Origin: an uncultured virus (IMG/VR IMGVR_UViG_3300027797_000014)
Taxonomy: Duplodnaviria; Heunggongvirae; Uroviricota; Caudoviricetes
Length of the DNA stretch: 64,000 nucleotides
Strand: one strand, 5' to 3'
Virus record (IMG/VR): IMGVR_UViG_3300027797_000014
The notes under the pieces: generated by a model
Told to the model about the DNA's origin: nothing
The model's database searches: none
What the model saw: only the letters and a program-made list of their open reading frames with translations
Position numbers and translations under genes: made by a program
Part shown: piece after piece, positions 40,101 to 48,929 of the stretch
Layout: every line of letters begins with the position of its first letter
Numbering within the stretch: position 1 is the first letter of the stretch

Positions 40101-42883
40101 ATGATTTTATGTTAGAATATGATAAGGATGGACAATTTACAGGGTTTTATACTCAAAAAATTGGTCAACAATATTACAACATGCAACAGTCATTAAGAAG
40201 TGAGCTTTATGATGACAATGGTAATCCATATGAATACAGAGATGTAAGTAATCTAGATAAAGCAAAACCAGAAGATATTAAATACAATATTGAGTTAGCT
40301 AAAAAGAAAGCTGCATTTAGTAAATTCTTTCAAGCTGAATCAACAGATGCTGATGGTAACTTTATTGATGGTGAATATCACAGATATACTGATGAGTTTA
40401 TAAACGCAAGAAATAGGTATGAATTTTGGGTACCATCTAAGAATAAACAATATGGAACTTGGTATAGAAAGCCAAGAATCTCAGATAGAGATTATGCAGT
40501 GTATGAAGCTAAGTATTATAACTTTGGTACATATACTAAAGCTTTAAGAACTAATGGTGAGCCAACAGGAGCAATTGCAAAAGAACAAGTATTACGTTCT
40601 CCAAAAGTTCAATTTAGAGTAGCTAGAGAAATTTCAGGATCTGGTGAAAACATGACCAGTAAAAAGTATCAAGCAATAATGGATCCTACTAAAACAGATG
40701 CATTAAGTATTGCTCAAAGAAACTTTTATAACATGTTCATAAAGTATTATGAAACTGAATTATTAAATAAATTACCACAAGGCATTAAAGATCAGATGTC
40801 AGGCCGTGTTCCTATTGTTAAAAATAATGTTTTAGATACATTAAAGAATCAACCAAACATTGTTTCTAAAATGTATGCTAGTACAGTTAGATCTATTAAA
40901 AACTTTACTCAAGAAACAGCAACTCAAAAAAATGTTTTACTTGATGAGCAGGGTAATTTTGTTAATTCACTTCCTATATTCTATACCGGTAAAGTAAGAG
41001 TTGATGAAGATCTTGCAAATGTTGAAACAGAAATAACAGCATTACAAGATAAAAAGAAAAAAGGAACAATTGGTCCTGAACAATATAAACAAGAATTAGC
41101 ATTACTTAATGGTAAAGCAGCACAACTTAGAAGTCAACCTTCATTAGGAGAACTTAATAAAGATATGACTTCTGGTTTACTCAAATTTAGTGCAATGGCT
41201 GAACATTATGAGGTAATGGGTGAAATTGAAGATACTCTTACTGCCATGGTTAAAGTTATTGAAAATAGAACTTATACACCAGCAGATCCAGCAATAATTA
41301 CAGGAACAAGAATTGATAGTAAATTTAAAAAAGTAGGAACAATAAAAGGTTCTGATTCTAATGCTTTAAGAAGAGCAAAGAAATACATGTCAATGATTTA
41401 CTATGACAATGAACTTGCAACAAAAGGTATGATTGATAAAATTGCTGATGAACTTATTGGTCTATCTTCATTATCTTATGTAGCGTTTAACCCATTTGGT
41501 AACCTAAATAACTATGTTATGGGTAGAATTAACAATGGTATTGAAATGTTAGGTAGCAGATACTTTAGTAAACAAGACTATGCTAGAGCATCTAAAGAAT
41601 ATAATGTTCAAGGTATCCCTGGATTATTATCTAGAACAAGCACCGCCTTAACTGATCTTGCTGATATTGCAACATTGGGAAAAACAGGATTAAAAAAATC
41701 TACTTATGATGCAGATAAAGCTAATAGTAAATATGAAGCATTTGTAGACATGTTTAGAATGATGGATAAAGCTACAGATATCCGTGAAAATAATTCTGAA
41801 TTAGATAGCAAATCTATTTGGTCTAGATTTAAAGAATGGGGTTATGTAATACAAGATGCTGCGGAATATAATGTACAAACTAAAGTTGGAATGGCTATAC
41901 TTATGGGTGTTACAGTTAAAAATAGTACAACAGGTGAAACACTATCTCTTTATGATGCATTTCAATACAATTCAGAAACACATAAAAATGAATTAATGTC
42001 TGGTTATGATACTATTGTAAATAAAAATGGTAGTGAACAACCATATACTGATCAGTTTAGATATGATTTAAGAAATGAAATTAGAGAAGTGAATAAACAA
42101 ATTCATGGTAACTATGCTAAAGAAGATAGAATGGTTATTCAAGGTCATACTATTGGTAACTTAGCAACACAATTTCACAAGTGGATTGCACCCGCAATTA
42201 GATCTAGATTTAGAAGAGAATACTTTGATGAAAATTTAGGATGGATTGAAGGTAGATATAGATCCTTTTTTAAATTCTTAAATCATGCTAAAGGTGAAAT
42301 GGTTAGGGGTAATTTTAACATAAATCCTGCCAAGTACAATGAAAGTTTTAAAGAGGCATACGGCTTTACAGGTGATGGTGGTAATATAGATCAAAGAGCT
42401 GAAGATAAACTTAGAGGTTTTTATAGAACAACGGGTGAGCTAGGTATTATGTTAAGTGTTGTTGTATTAAATTCATTATTATCCGGTGTGCTTTCTAATG
42501 ATGATGATGATGATGAATTAACTAAAAGACTTAAAAATCTTGTAAGACTTCAGGGAGATAGAACATATAAAGAAATGGTATTGTTTACAATTGCACTTCC
42601 AGAGAGTCAACAACAACTATATTCAATGATGAAATCTCCAATTGCAACTACAAGAACTTTAGGTGAATTAGGTGAAGCTTTAGAATTAACTTATATGACA
42701 CCATTAGCTTATATATATGAAAGTAAAGATGAATTTTATGCTGACAAAGATTTTGTATATCAAAACAAACCCAACAAGGGTCAATTAAAATTGTACAAAA
42801 ACTGGGCAGATGTTATTCCTATTTTGTACTCAATACAGAAGTGGGATAATATGATTAAAGCACAAGACTTCTATATCAAGTAA
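37103..42883 (+). CDS. Large ejected/cargo protein with PD-(D/E)XK nuclease-like domain
   Basis: 1926 aa, downstream of the RNAP; AGTADLVVIDKNGKIRIVDLKTS...QHNLQVNLY; degenerate zincin EEMLHP; C-terminal HGNY...QFHKW...EGRY region. Confidence 0.7.
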   Translation: MAKCPNKNTPEYKALQKVYKSEIATNNIINSWQDANSTDVFPTVVEAQQFAKYNKVAFALKQKSFAESLLNNLRDKKLIHTEFGLSLINVTNPDLFYIDRVYDKAVVESNRNKIIEYLKANNIPLDSVSIIATDKTYKIEVNQNMFTAKDMLESSRSWDTPRAKAVVMHLKRMFPQIQVKMLSVADAETLYNSIPQWQKSKVKFREINSFFVDGIAYLVKGRVTNETAIEEMLHPFIDAIKVDNPELFNTLLAEAKLNFPEMVQSITEAYNNNRNFSQLERDLEIVTQALSRHFNNEYEKTPTKKFLDKIKEALDWFLNVINNLNEYMTGKPLSVKDINNKTNFTDIAKLLNTEGIRFKLESRANAKVRYSLSPEKQKIVDKALDKSNSIQQEIIKKLFHVAVSSKEEIDSLSANLSDTASANTIVVLNKEDHTYVDITNREIYKSVTTAIKGQLANEEDVQLNLAIGNDVDALLDAIISEQSFEEAFPKMKVLNEELAGRMFDMLEEQITQLIPQGAVGISQVVVFDEATRLAGTADLVVIDKNGKIRIVDLKTSKNSIYDRTFVDAVKNKIPGRTQGTKYELKEYELKEDMPALDAKGNPILNADGSPKIYLGSDLKKIHGVNKLSTIAQHNLQVNLYRRMFENMGYTVYEGDGGAITFHIQADITGVGKQQVFNNNFRLDGRVEHPISENLLYINMLVPSVMNNTEKESLDRAIGNAEDAIYRGDKDVDAMEKIADTIEAQQYPEYNTIFDALQNYSVALVEQDKALDKLKNNVYRDKTKAQTRDDIASTLAYIASNINTGPIARSQTYTNLLRASLNQMQKFTAYVEDPANVNKPEYITYALNFNRFLSTFEALYSIKDSKELNATQRTLVLQMQLEQNKLLGVNGKEGLINDAIINYVKEIIRTRSNKDFGGKGSGFTEEMLDDLLVIAPDIAMDALNVQDMATQKDTILAVMDKIYKSQKQKLLDKIEERENVIRNAGEQLLKLSGNKDLQSLYDFMLEYDKDGQFTGFYTQKIGQQYYNMQQSLRSELYDDNGNPYEYRDVSNLDKAKPEDIKYNIELAKKKAAFSKFFQAESTDADGNFIDGEYHRYTDEFINARNRYEFWVPSKNKQYGTWYRKPRISDRDYAVYEAKYYNFGTYTKALRTNGEPTGAIAKEQVLRSPKVQFRVAREISGSGENMTSKKYQAIMDPTKTDALSIAQRNFYNMFIKYYETELLNKLPQGIKDQMSGRVPIVKNNVLDTLKNQPNIVSKMYASTVRSIKNFTQETATQKNVLLDEQGNFVNSLPIFYTGKVRVDEDLANVETEITALQDKKKKGTIGPEQYKQELALLNGKAAQLRSQPSLGELNKDMTSGLLKFSAMAEHYEVMGEIEDTLTAMVKVIENRTYTPADPAIITGTRIDSKFKKVGTIKGSDSNALRRAKKYMSMIYYDNELATKGMIDKIADELIGLSSLSYVAFNPFGNLNNYVMGRINNGIEMLGSRYFSKQDYARASKEYNVQGIPGLLSRTSTALTDLADIATLGKTGLKKSTYDADKANSKYEAFVDMFRMMDKATDIRENNSELDSKSIWSRFKEWGYVIQDAAEYNVQTKVGMAILMGVTVKNSTTGETLSLYDAFQYNSETHKNELMSGYDTIVNKNGSEQPYTDQFRYDLRNEIREVNKQIHGNYAKEDRMVIQGHTIGNLATQFHKWIAPAIRSRFRREYFDENLGWIEGRYRSFFKFLNHAKGEMVRGNFNINPAKYNESFKEAYGFTGDGGNIDQRAEDKLRGFYRTTGELGIMLSVVVLNSLLSGVLSNDDDDDELTKRLKNLVRLQGDRTYKEMVLFTIALPESQQQLYSMMKSPIATTRTLGELGEALELTYMTPLAYIYESKDEFYADKDFVYQNKPNKGQLKLYKNWADVIPILYSIQKWDNMIKAQDFYIK

Positions 42884-42885
42884 TT

Positions 42886-43021
42886 ATATGCAATTGCATA
42901 TTGCAATACGCAATAAGGCTAATGTATATGCAAAAACATATAATGTGTAATAAAACCATCATTAAACCCTAAAATGGGACTTAATGATGGCTTTATCATA
43001 CATTAAATAAACCTATAGGTT
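42886..43021. repeat. Inverted-repeat cluster / probable bidirectional terminator at a convergent junction
   Basis: 16 bp palindrome ATATGCAATTGCATAT (42886-42901); long hairpin 42941-43005 with perfect CCATCATTAA/TTAATGATGG arms; AACCTATAGGTT (43010-43021). Confidence 0.7.
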
Positions 43022-43025
43022 GATT

Positions 43026-44675
43026 TTATCCTTCACAACTTGCACAATCCAAAATGTTTCTAGCAAATTCTTGAGCTGAACTTTGACTAAATTGATAGTA
43101 CAAAGTTTTAACTCCTTGTTCATGCGCATACAGATACAGTTGATTAATATCTTTAGCTGGAACAGACGGATGAATCATTAAGTTAAGTGACTGTGACTGA
43201 TCAATAAACTTTTGTCTTTGAGCCGCCTGCAAGATTAACTCTTTAGGGGTGATCTCAATGAATGACTTGAATACTGTTTTTGTAGGAAAATCTAAGTGTT
43301 GAACTGAGCCATCCTTTTTCAAGATGCTTTTCCATACTTCCGGGGTATTCATACCATACTTATCCAACTCACACTCTAGGAAAGGATTCTTATAGATAGT
43401 CTTAGACTTGGCCAGATCTTTAATAAAGTAATTAGATTTGATTGGTTCAATCCCCATACTCACTTGTCCTAAGATGAATGAGCTTGATTTAGTAGGAGCA
43501 ATTGCAATCAATGTTGAATTGGCATAACCTTTTCTAATTGACTCAACACCCTTAGAATCATGCAACCATTTAGAGGCCGCCTCACTTTTATCTTTAAGTG
43601 TTTTAAAGATCTGAGAGTTTAACATTTTAGCTTCCAATGAATCAAAATCAATCAATTTAGATTGAAACAGTGAATGGTATCCTAAAACACCCAAACCAAT
43701 TGCTCTGTGTTGACTTGCAAATCTATATGCTCTTTTCATACCGGGCATTACAGCAGCCTTCTTAATAAACTCATCCATTACAGCATTTAAGAATAATGTG
43801 TAAGTTTCAATAGCGTCTGTGTTTTTCATCTCTTCCCAGTGCAACAGGTTGATAGATCCTAAGCAACAAACAAATGAGTTGAATGAATCCGTTGGTAACT
43901 GAATCTCAGAACATAAATTGCTAGCAGTAATTTCAAGGCCCAATTCTTTATAAGGAGTATTGTTATTTGAATTGTCCTTGAACATAATGTATGGAAAACC
44001 AAACTCATTACGTCTTTGAATTACCTTGGCCCATATTTTACGTTTGTCCCCATCACCAGCTTTCATTTCTTCTAGCCACTTGTCAGTTACTGTAACACCA
44101 TATTGTAGATTTTGTATTGGGTTTCCCTCAGTACCAATATCTAAGAACTCTAAGGCATCTAAATGCTCTAATGGTAACCATACAGCACATGCTCCTCTTC
44201 TTGCTTCAGATTGCTTGCATACGTCTACAGTGGTATCATAAAGTTTAGCATAGTGTATTGGTCCATCTGCATGGCCCCCGGTTGAAATAACAGCACCTCT
44301 TGGTCTGATATTACCTAAGTAAACACTTGTCCCTCCGCCATACTTTGACATCAAACCAATCTCACGGCCACCATTTAGGATACTATCTAATGAATCATCT
44401 ACATTAGAACCATAACAACTAATAGGTAAACCTTTTTGTTTACCAAAGTTAATCCACACAGGGGTAGATAAACTATAAAACCCTTTGGCCATGTACTCCT
44501 CAAACTTTTGAGCAAAACCATCAATCTTTAAATACTTTTCAGCAATTGTTGAAATGTCTTTAATTCTCTGTTCAGGTGTTTCTGTTATATAACCTCTTGA
44601 TAAAAAGGTGCGGCTATCTTCATTAAGCCAATAATATTTTTTATACTCCATGTGTTTGTTATTAAAATAAATCAT
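43026..44675 (-). CDS. nrdA: Ribonucleotide reductase class I large subunit, no ATP cone
   Basis: LPISC, GGGT, ASNLCSEI, APTKSSS, KTLYY and C-terminal CASC. The true start may be the downstream MEYKKYYW. Confidence 0.95.
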   Translation of the reverse strand: MIYFNNKHMEYKKYYWLNEDSRTFLSRGYITETPEQRIKDISTIAEKYLKIDGFAQKFEEYMAKGFYSLSTPVWINFGKQKGLPISCYGSNVDDSLDSILNGGREIGLMSKYGGGTSVYLGNIRPRGAVISTGGHADGPIHYAKLYDTTVDVCKQSEARRGACAVWLPLEHLDALEFLDIGTEGNPIQNLQYGVTVTDKWLEEMKAGDGDKRKIWAKVIQRRNEFGFPYIMFKDNSNNNTPYKELGLEITASNLCSEIQLPTDSFNSFVCCLGSINLLHWEEMKNTDAIETYTLFLNAVMDEFIKKAAVMPGMKRAYRFASQHRAIGLGVLGYHSLFQSKLIDFDSLEAKMLNSQIFKTLKDKSEAASKWLHDSKGVESIRKGYANSTLIAIAPTKSSSFILGQVSMGIEPIKSNYFIKDLAKSKTIYKNPFLECELDKYGMNTPEVWKSILKKDGSVQHLDFPTKTVFKSFIEITPKELILQAAQRQKFIDQSQSLNLMIHPSVPAKDINQLYLYAHEQGVKTLYYQFSQSSAQEFARNILDCASCEG

Positions 44676-45642
44676 CTTCTGTTATACTCTTTCCTTTTTT
44701 GTTGTAATCAATTGATTTTTTATAGAAGAAATCACCCTCTTTTGTTGAAAGAATTTCAATGTTAAACCACTGAGTTTTTTCAAGTAGTTCATTATCAACA
44801 TCAAACAAGGCTTTCATACCTATGTTTTGTAGTGAATTATTGAATCTGTCTTTGATAAAGTGTTGAATTGTTTCTTTAGATAGAAAAGATAACTCTCCTT
44901 TTTCAAAGATCCAGTCTAGTATTTTGCACTCAGCTTCATAAGCTTTCTGACATGCAGAATCTATAAGTTCCTCAAACTCAGCGTCAAACCATTCAGGATT
45001 TTCTTTTTTAATGATGTTTATCAGTTCAGCTCCAAAGTTTCCGTGGATTTCTTCTTCTTTACTTGTTGCCTCAACCACATTTGAAATACCTTTAAATAGG
45101 TTTTTCTCTTTGTTAAAAGACATCATGATTAAGAATTGGCTAAACAAACTGACATGCTCAATAAACAATGAAAATAAAAGTACTGATTTAGTGTACATTT
45201 TATTGTCTTTGCTTCTGGTACCATCTAGGTATTTGGTAAGATATGCTATCCTGTCTTTAATAGCCGGGATTTCTACTACATGTTGGAACTCTTTTTCAAG
45301 GCCCAAGATTCTAAGTAGTTGTGCATAAGCATCTTTGTGTCTTACTTCTGATTCAGCAAACGTCATACCTACATCACCAATTTCAGTGATTGGCATTCTT
45401 TTGTAAAGGTCTGCCCAAAAGGTTTTGACATTAACCTCAATTTGAGCAATTGCTAGCATAGATCTTTTGATTACTTCTCTTTCTTTAGAGTCAATTGTGA
45501 TCTTAAAGTCTTGGATATCTTCAGTAAAATTAAACTCAGTGTGTATCCAATATGAGTGTCTAATTGCATCTTTATATGCTAATAACTGGGGGTATTCATA
45601 CGGCAATATGTTTACCCGTGGTAAAAAAATGTTTTTGTTCAT
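44662..45642 (-). CDS. nrdB: Ribonucleotide reductase class I small subunit (class Id-like)
   Basis: QIEVNVK, ESEVRHKDAY (ExxH plus Tyr), IEHVSLFSQF, KEEEIH and C-terminal DFF. Confidence 0.95.
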   Translation of the reverse strand: MNKNIFLPRVNILPYEYPQLLAYKDAIRHSYWIHTEFNFTEDIQDFKITIDSKEREVIKRSMLAIAQIEVNVKTFWADLYKRMPITEIGDVGMTFAESEVRHKDAYAQLLRILGLEKEFQHVVEIPAIKDRIAYLTKYLDGTRSKDNKMYTKSVLLFSLFIEHVSLFSQFLIMMSFNKEKNLFKGISNVVEATSKEEEIHGNFGAELINIIKKENPEWFDAEFEELIDSACQKAYEAECKILDWIFEKGELSFLSKETIQHFIKDRFNNSLQNIGMKALFDVDNELLEKTQWFNIEILSTKEGDFFYKKSIDYNKKGKSITEDDLF

Positions 45643-45719
45643 AAAATTGTATTTTTGAGTTTTAAAGTTCTAAAAAAGAACTTGGTGGTATATATAATTT
45701 ACTAAAAATAAAAGACTTT

Positions 45720-45914
45720 TTAGTTACTGGGATGCATGTTTGCATAACTAATTGTAAAAAAAATGAAGCCCACTTCTATTCCTGTGACTTGACGGTATCT
45801 TTCATCCTCACACAATACCTCACAGTTAATAAGTTTGAGTCCAAGTATTGGCTCTGTTGGTAGAAACTCTACGTTAAATCTGTTTTTAAAGATTAATGGG
45901 TTGACTTTATTCAT
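45720..45914 (-). CDS. Hypothetical protein, 64 aa
   Basis: ATG with an A-rich leader; fills the intergenic space co-directionally with nrdB. Confidence 0.6.
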   Translation of the reverse strand: MNKVNPLIFKNRFNVEFLPTEPILGLKLINCEVLCEDERYRQVTGIEVGFIFFTISYANMHPSN

Positions 45915-45954
45915 AATGATTTTTTGGTTTAAAAAGTTAATTTGTAAAATTATT

Positions 45955-45965
45955 TTTGTATATTA
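45955..45965 (+). promoter_or_regulatory. Candidate phage promoter motif TTTGTATATTA
   Basis: Located at the divergent junction that opens the + strand lysis/tail block. Confidence 0.5.
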
Positions 45966-46018
45966 TAAGGGTATAGCCAATGAAATAACCTGGCAAATAT
46001 AAGATATATATATTTATA

Positions 46019-46405
46019 ATGAAAAGTAGGATACTTAATATTTTCAGTTATTATGATACTGAACCAATGGAAATACTTATTGGTATAATTTGGCTTATCA
46101 TACTACCAATTATATGGTGCTTTGAGTTCTCTTGTAACTTATTTATCATAATCCCAAGTATCTTATTGGGTTTATCTATGATTAAAGCAACTTGTTCTCA
46201 TCCAGTCAAAGTAAGAAAAACTTTAGCTTATGGATCATTCATCTTTTCAATCTTTGTAATCTTAGCATTTGTATTTAAAGGAGCAATGTTTAATCCTACA
46301 CATTGGTTGTGGTTTTTACCATCAGTTATATCTTTTTTAAATTTAGTAGCAATGACATCAAAATATTATAGAACACAAAAACAATGCAGCAATGACATCA
46401 TATGA
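46019..46405 (+). CDS. Four-TM membrane protein (lysis-module candidate)
   Basis: Four hydrophobic segments; overlaps the start of the next gene. Confidence 0.6.
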   Translation: MKSRILNIFSYYDTEPMEILIGIIWLIILPIIWCFEFSCNLFIIIPSILLGLSMIKATCSHPVKVRKTLAYGSFIFSIFVILAFVFKGAMFNPTHWLWFLPSVISFLNLVAMTSKYYRTQKQCSNDII

Positions 46406-46706
46406 TAATGTAACAACCGTATTAGTCACAATGATGACTGTTCTATTCTCCGCAGGAGCATGGAAATTTTATGAAAGAAGAATAAAGTTAAAAACTGACT
46501 TAGAACGAGAAGATAGAACTGATCACAATATGTATAGAGATGATTTAAGAGATAGAGTCAAAAGACTTGAGCAATTATTAACAGATAGTGCTATTGAAAA
46601 AGATTTGATGAGAGATCAGATCCTTTCACTTACAAAAGAAGTAAGTACGCTACACGTTAAAGTTGAGTATTTAGAAAAAGAAAATCAAAGACTTAAGAAT
46701 ATATAG
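46392..46706 (+). CDS. Single-TM plus coiled-coil protein (holin-like)
   Basis: N-terminal VLVTMMTVLFSAGAW followed by heptad repeats. Confidence 0.5.
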   Translation: MTSYDNVTTVLVTMMTVLFSAGAWKFYERRIKLKTDLEREDRTDHNMYRDDLRDRVKRLEQLLTDSAIEKDLMRDQILSLTKEVSTLHVKVEYLEKENQRLKNI

Positions 46707-46740
46707 ACTAATATCATTTATTTGCTTATATAGATAAGAA

Positions 46741-46751
46741 TTTGTATATTA
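46741..46751 (+). promoter_or_regulatory. Candidate phage promoter motif TTTGTATATTA
   Basis: Third identical copy, with an upstream TTTG at 46721. Confidence 0.5.
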
Positions 46752-46783
46752 TGTATAGGTAATGTTAACTAAAATAATAAATT

Positions 46784-47020
46784 ATGTTTAAAGAAGTATT
46801 ATATGCAATATGGACTTTTTCACTAGAAAAAGGATATAATTGGGTTTTATCTAAGACAACAATTGATGAAAAAGCAATTGAGGCAATTGATGAAATTAAA
46901 GTAAGAAGTGTGTTGGTTAAAAAAGAACTTAAAGATGTTGTTGATGCAGTTAAAGGTGTACCAACCAAACCAAAAAAAAAATATTACAGACCCAAAACCA
47001 AAACAGAAACCAAAAAATAA
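46784..47020 (+). CDS. Hypothetical protein with basic tail
   Basis: ATG with an A-rich leader; tightly packed operon. Confidence 0.65.
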   Translation: MFKEVLYAIWTFSLEKGYNWVLSKTTIDEKAIEAIDEIKVRSVLVKKELKDVVDAVKGVPTKPKKKYYRPKTKTETKK

Positions 47021-47022
47021 TT

Positions 47023-47352
47023 ATGGTTAATTTATATAAACTATATAGATTTTTTAGACAACAGTGGCTGGGTGGTATATTAATTATAGTTTGGTTTATT
47101 TCTGTATTTATATATCAAATTAAAAAAAAAGAGTTAGTTGAAAAAGCATATGTTTTAGAGGCTAAAGTTAAAGAATTAGAAAAAAAAGCAAATGCTGAAT
47201 TAAAAAGTGTAGATAGTTTTAAAACTATTGATACACTTATAGTAACTAGAATTAAAATAATCAAACAAAAAGAATATGAAAAAATACGCATTATTGATTC
47301 CCTTCCTGTTAGTGGGCTTCAAAGCTATTTCACAGAACGTTACCCAAAGTAA
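47023..47352 (+). CDS. Putative inner-membrane spanin (Rz-like)
   Basis: N-terminal TM (WLGGILIIVWFISVFIY) plus coiled coil; 3' end overlaps the next gene by 77 nt. Confidence 0.5.
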   Translation: MVNLYKLYRFFRQQWLGGILIIVWFISVFIYQIKKKELVEKAYVLEAKVKELEKKANAELKSVDSFKTIDTLIVTRIKIIKQKEYEKIRIIDSLPVSGLQSYFTERYPK

Positions 47353-47752
47353 AGACTCTGTTGTTATTCTTTCTGAAAGACAAGCTAGAGCAGTTGCTAC
47401 TGATTTAGTAAAATATGATTTTTTAAGAAATATTTCAAATGAACAAGAAAAAAGAATCTTTAACTTTGAAAATACAGTTGTAGCATTAGAAAATACAATA
47501 AAAATAAAAGATAGTATTATTTTTATTCAAAGGGATTACATTAGTGCACAGAATAAAGTTTTAAGTATAAGACCTAAACCACAATTCCATGGTTATCTTG
47601 GAGTTCAAAGTTCAGGATTTACAATTAATACACCTTTATTTTCTGGAAGAATACTTTTAGAATGTAAAAAAGTTAATTTTGGTATTCAATATATAGGAAT
47701 GCCAACCATTAATAATCAATATGGATTACTTGTAGAATATAAATTATTTTAA
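47276..47752 (+). CDS. Putative outer-membrane spanin-like protein (signal peptide, coiled coil, C-terminal beta strands)
   Basis: Signal peptide without a lipobox; ends YGLLVEYKLF; overlaps the Rz-like gene. Confidence 0.45.
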   Translation: MKKYALLIPFLLVGFKAISQNVTQSKDSVVILSERQARAVATDLVKYDFLRNISNEQEKRIFNFENTVVALENTIKIKDSIIFIQRDYISAQNKVLSIRPKPQFHGYLGVQSSGFTINTPLFSGRILLECKKVNFGIQYIGMPTINNQYGLLVEYKLF

Positions 47753-47756
47753 AACA

Positions 47757-47900
47757 ATGGCAGCTAAAACAAAAACACAAACCACAACATTTAAACCTAC
47801 TGCAAAAGTAAGTAGACCCGGTGTACATGCTAAGACTAAAACGTCTAAGATTAAGACATCAAAGTTATATAAGAAAAAATATAAAGGACAAGGTAAATAA
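47757..47900 (+). CDS. Small basic protein, 47 aa, ending YKKKYKGQGK (not in the ORF track)
   Basis: Translated by hand: MAAKTKTQTTTFKPTAKVSRPGVHAKTKTSKIKTSKLYKKKYKGQGK; fits exactly between its neighbours. Confidence 0.75.
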   Translation: MAAKTKTQTTTFKPTAKVSRPGVHAKTKTSKIKTSKLYKKKYKGQGK

Positions 47901-47901
47901 T

Positions 47902-48048
47902 ATGGAAGACTGGACATTAAAAATTGAATTTCACTGGCCACATGATAGATTTGCATTGGGCTGGGAATACATTGCTGCTGATAGAACATATCAGTATAGG
48001 ACTATAAAAATTTATTTCTTATTTACTACATTTACATTAGATTATTAA
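47902..48048 (+). CDS. Hypothetical protein, 48 aa (start corrected from 47821)
   Basis: ATG 1 nt after the previous stop; MEDWTLKIEFHWPHDRFALGWEY... Confidence 0.65.
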   Translation: MEDWTLKIEFHWPHDRFALGWEYIAADRTYQYRTIKIYFLFTTFTLDY

Positions 48049-48052
48049 AATT

Positions 48053-48325
48053 ATGAAAGCTCAAGGTTTACAACAAGGTAAGATATCTAAACAAAGCGTA
48101 AAGCTATTGTGTAGAACAGGGGGAGAATTAGATGATGCTATGCAAGGATCTATGGTTGAAAAAATGAGAAAAGGTGGTGATGCTATGAGATATGCATCTA
48201 ATGCTGATGGTTCAAGAAAGAAACAAGCATATAAAATGGGTGGTTATATTCAATCAGAAACAAAAAAATATAGAGGTGGTGGTGTACCAACAGCATTTAT
48301 TTATTCTGGGTCATCTAAAAAATAA
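48053..48325 (+). CDS. Small basic protein with four xGG motifs
   Basis: CRTGG, MRKGG, YKMGG, YRGGG. Confidence 0.7.
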   Translation: MKAQGLQQGKISKQSVKLLCRTGGELDDAMQGSMVEKMRKGGDAMRYASNADGSRKKQAYKMGGYIQSETKKYRGGGVPTAFIYSGSSKK

Positions 48326-48330
48326 AAAAT

Positions 48331-48927
48331 ATGAATATTTTAACTGACATATTAAGTTTAATTAAAAGGGGTGTATTTGTTAAGACTGCATCACCTGAAG
48401 ATGTTATTGTACTTGGTGTAAATGAACAACCAGATATGACTGGCGTAGCTTCACCTATACCATACAAATCTGTTAAGCTTATTAAAGTTAAAGATCTTAA
48501 GATTGCTCCGGCATTTTGTGATAATGTAAATGCTCCAACTACACCGGCAGCAGGAACAGGTCAAGTATTTCAAAAACAAATTATTGATCCTATAACCAAT
48601 GTATGTACAAATTACTTTAGATCTCTAAAGTCACTAAGTACTAACTTAACCATTAATGAATCAGTAGATGATAATTATGTTGAGCTTACCACTACAGGTG
48701 AACCTAATTTAGCAAGTAATCTTGGTACAGGTACTGGTTTATATGCTAGTAAAACTGGTGAGACACTTAATTTTAAATCATTAAAAGGTACAGGTGTATC
48801 AATAAGTCAATCAGGAACAGAAGTTACACTCAATCATGCAACTAAAATCATATTAACTGCGCCTAATAATACTTTATGGGAAGTGACTATAAGTAATAGT
48901 GGTGGTATTATAACTACACAAGTATAA
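48331..48927 (+). CDS. Putative tail fibre-associated/structural protein
   Basis: NLGTGTGLYASKTGETLNFKSLKG fibre-like repeat; N-terminus loosely resembles that of 50005-52377. Confidence 0.5.
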   Translation: MNILTDILSLIKRGVFVKTASPEDVIVLGVNEQPDMTGVASPIPYKSVKLIKVKDLKIAPAFCDNVNAPTTPAAGTGQVFQKQIIDPITNVCTNYFRSLKSLSTNLTINESVDDNYVELTTTGEPNLASNLGTGTGLYASKTGETLNFKSLKGTGVSISQSGTEVTLNHATKIILTAPNNTLWEVTISNSGGIITTQV

Positions 48928-48929
48928 AA

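Noticed and set aside
47744..48048. Track ORFs 47744-47989 (-) and 47821-48048 (+)
   Set aside because: Better explained by two tightly packed + strand genes, 47757-47900 and 47902-48048
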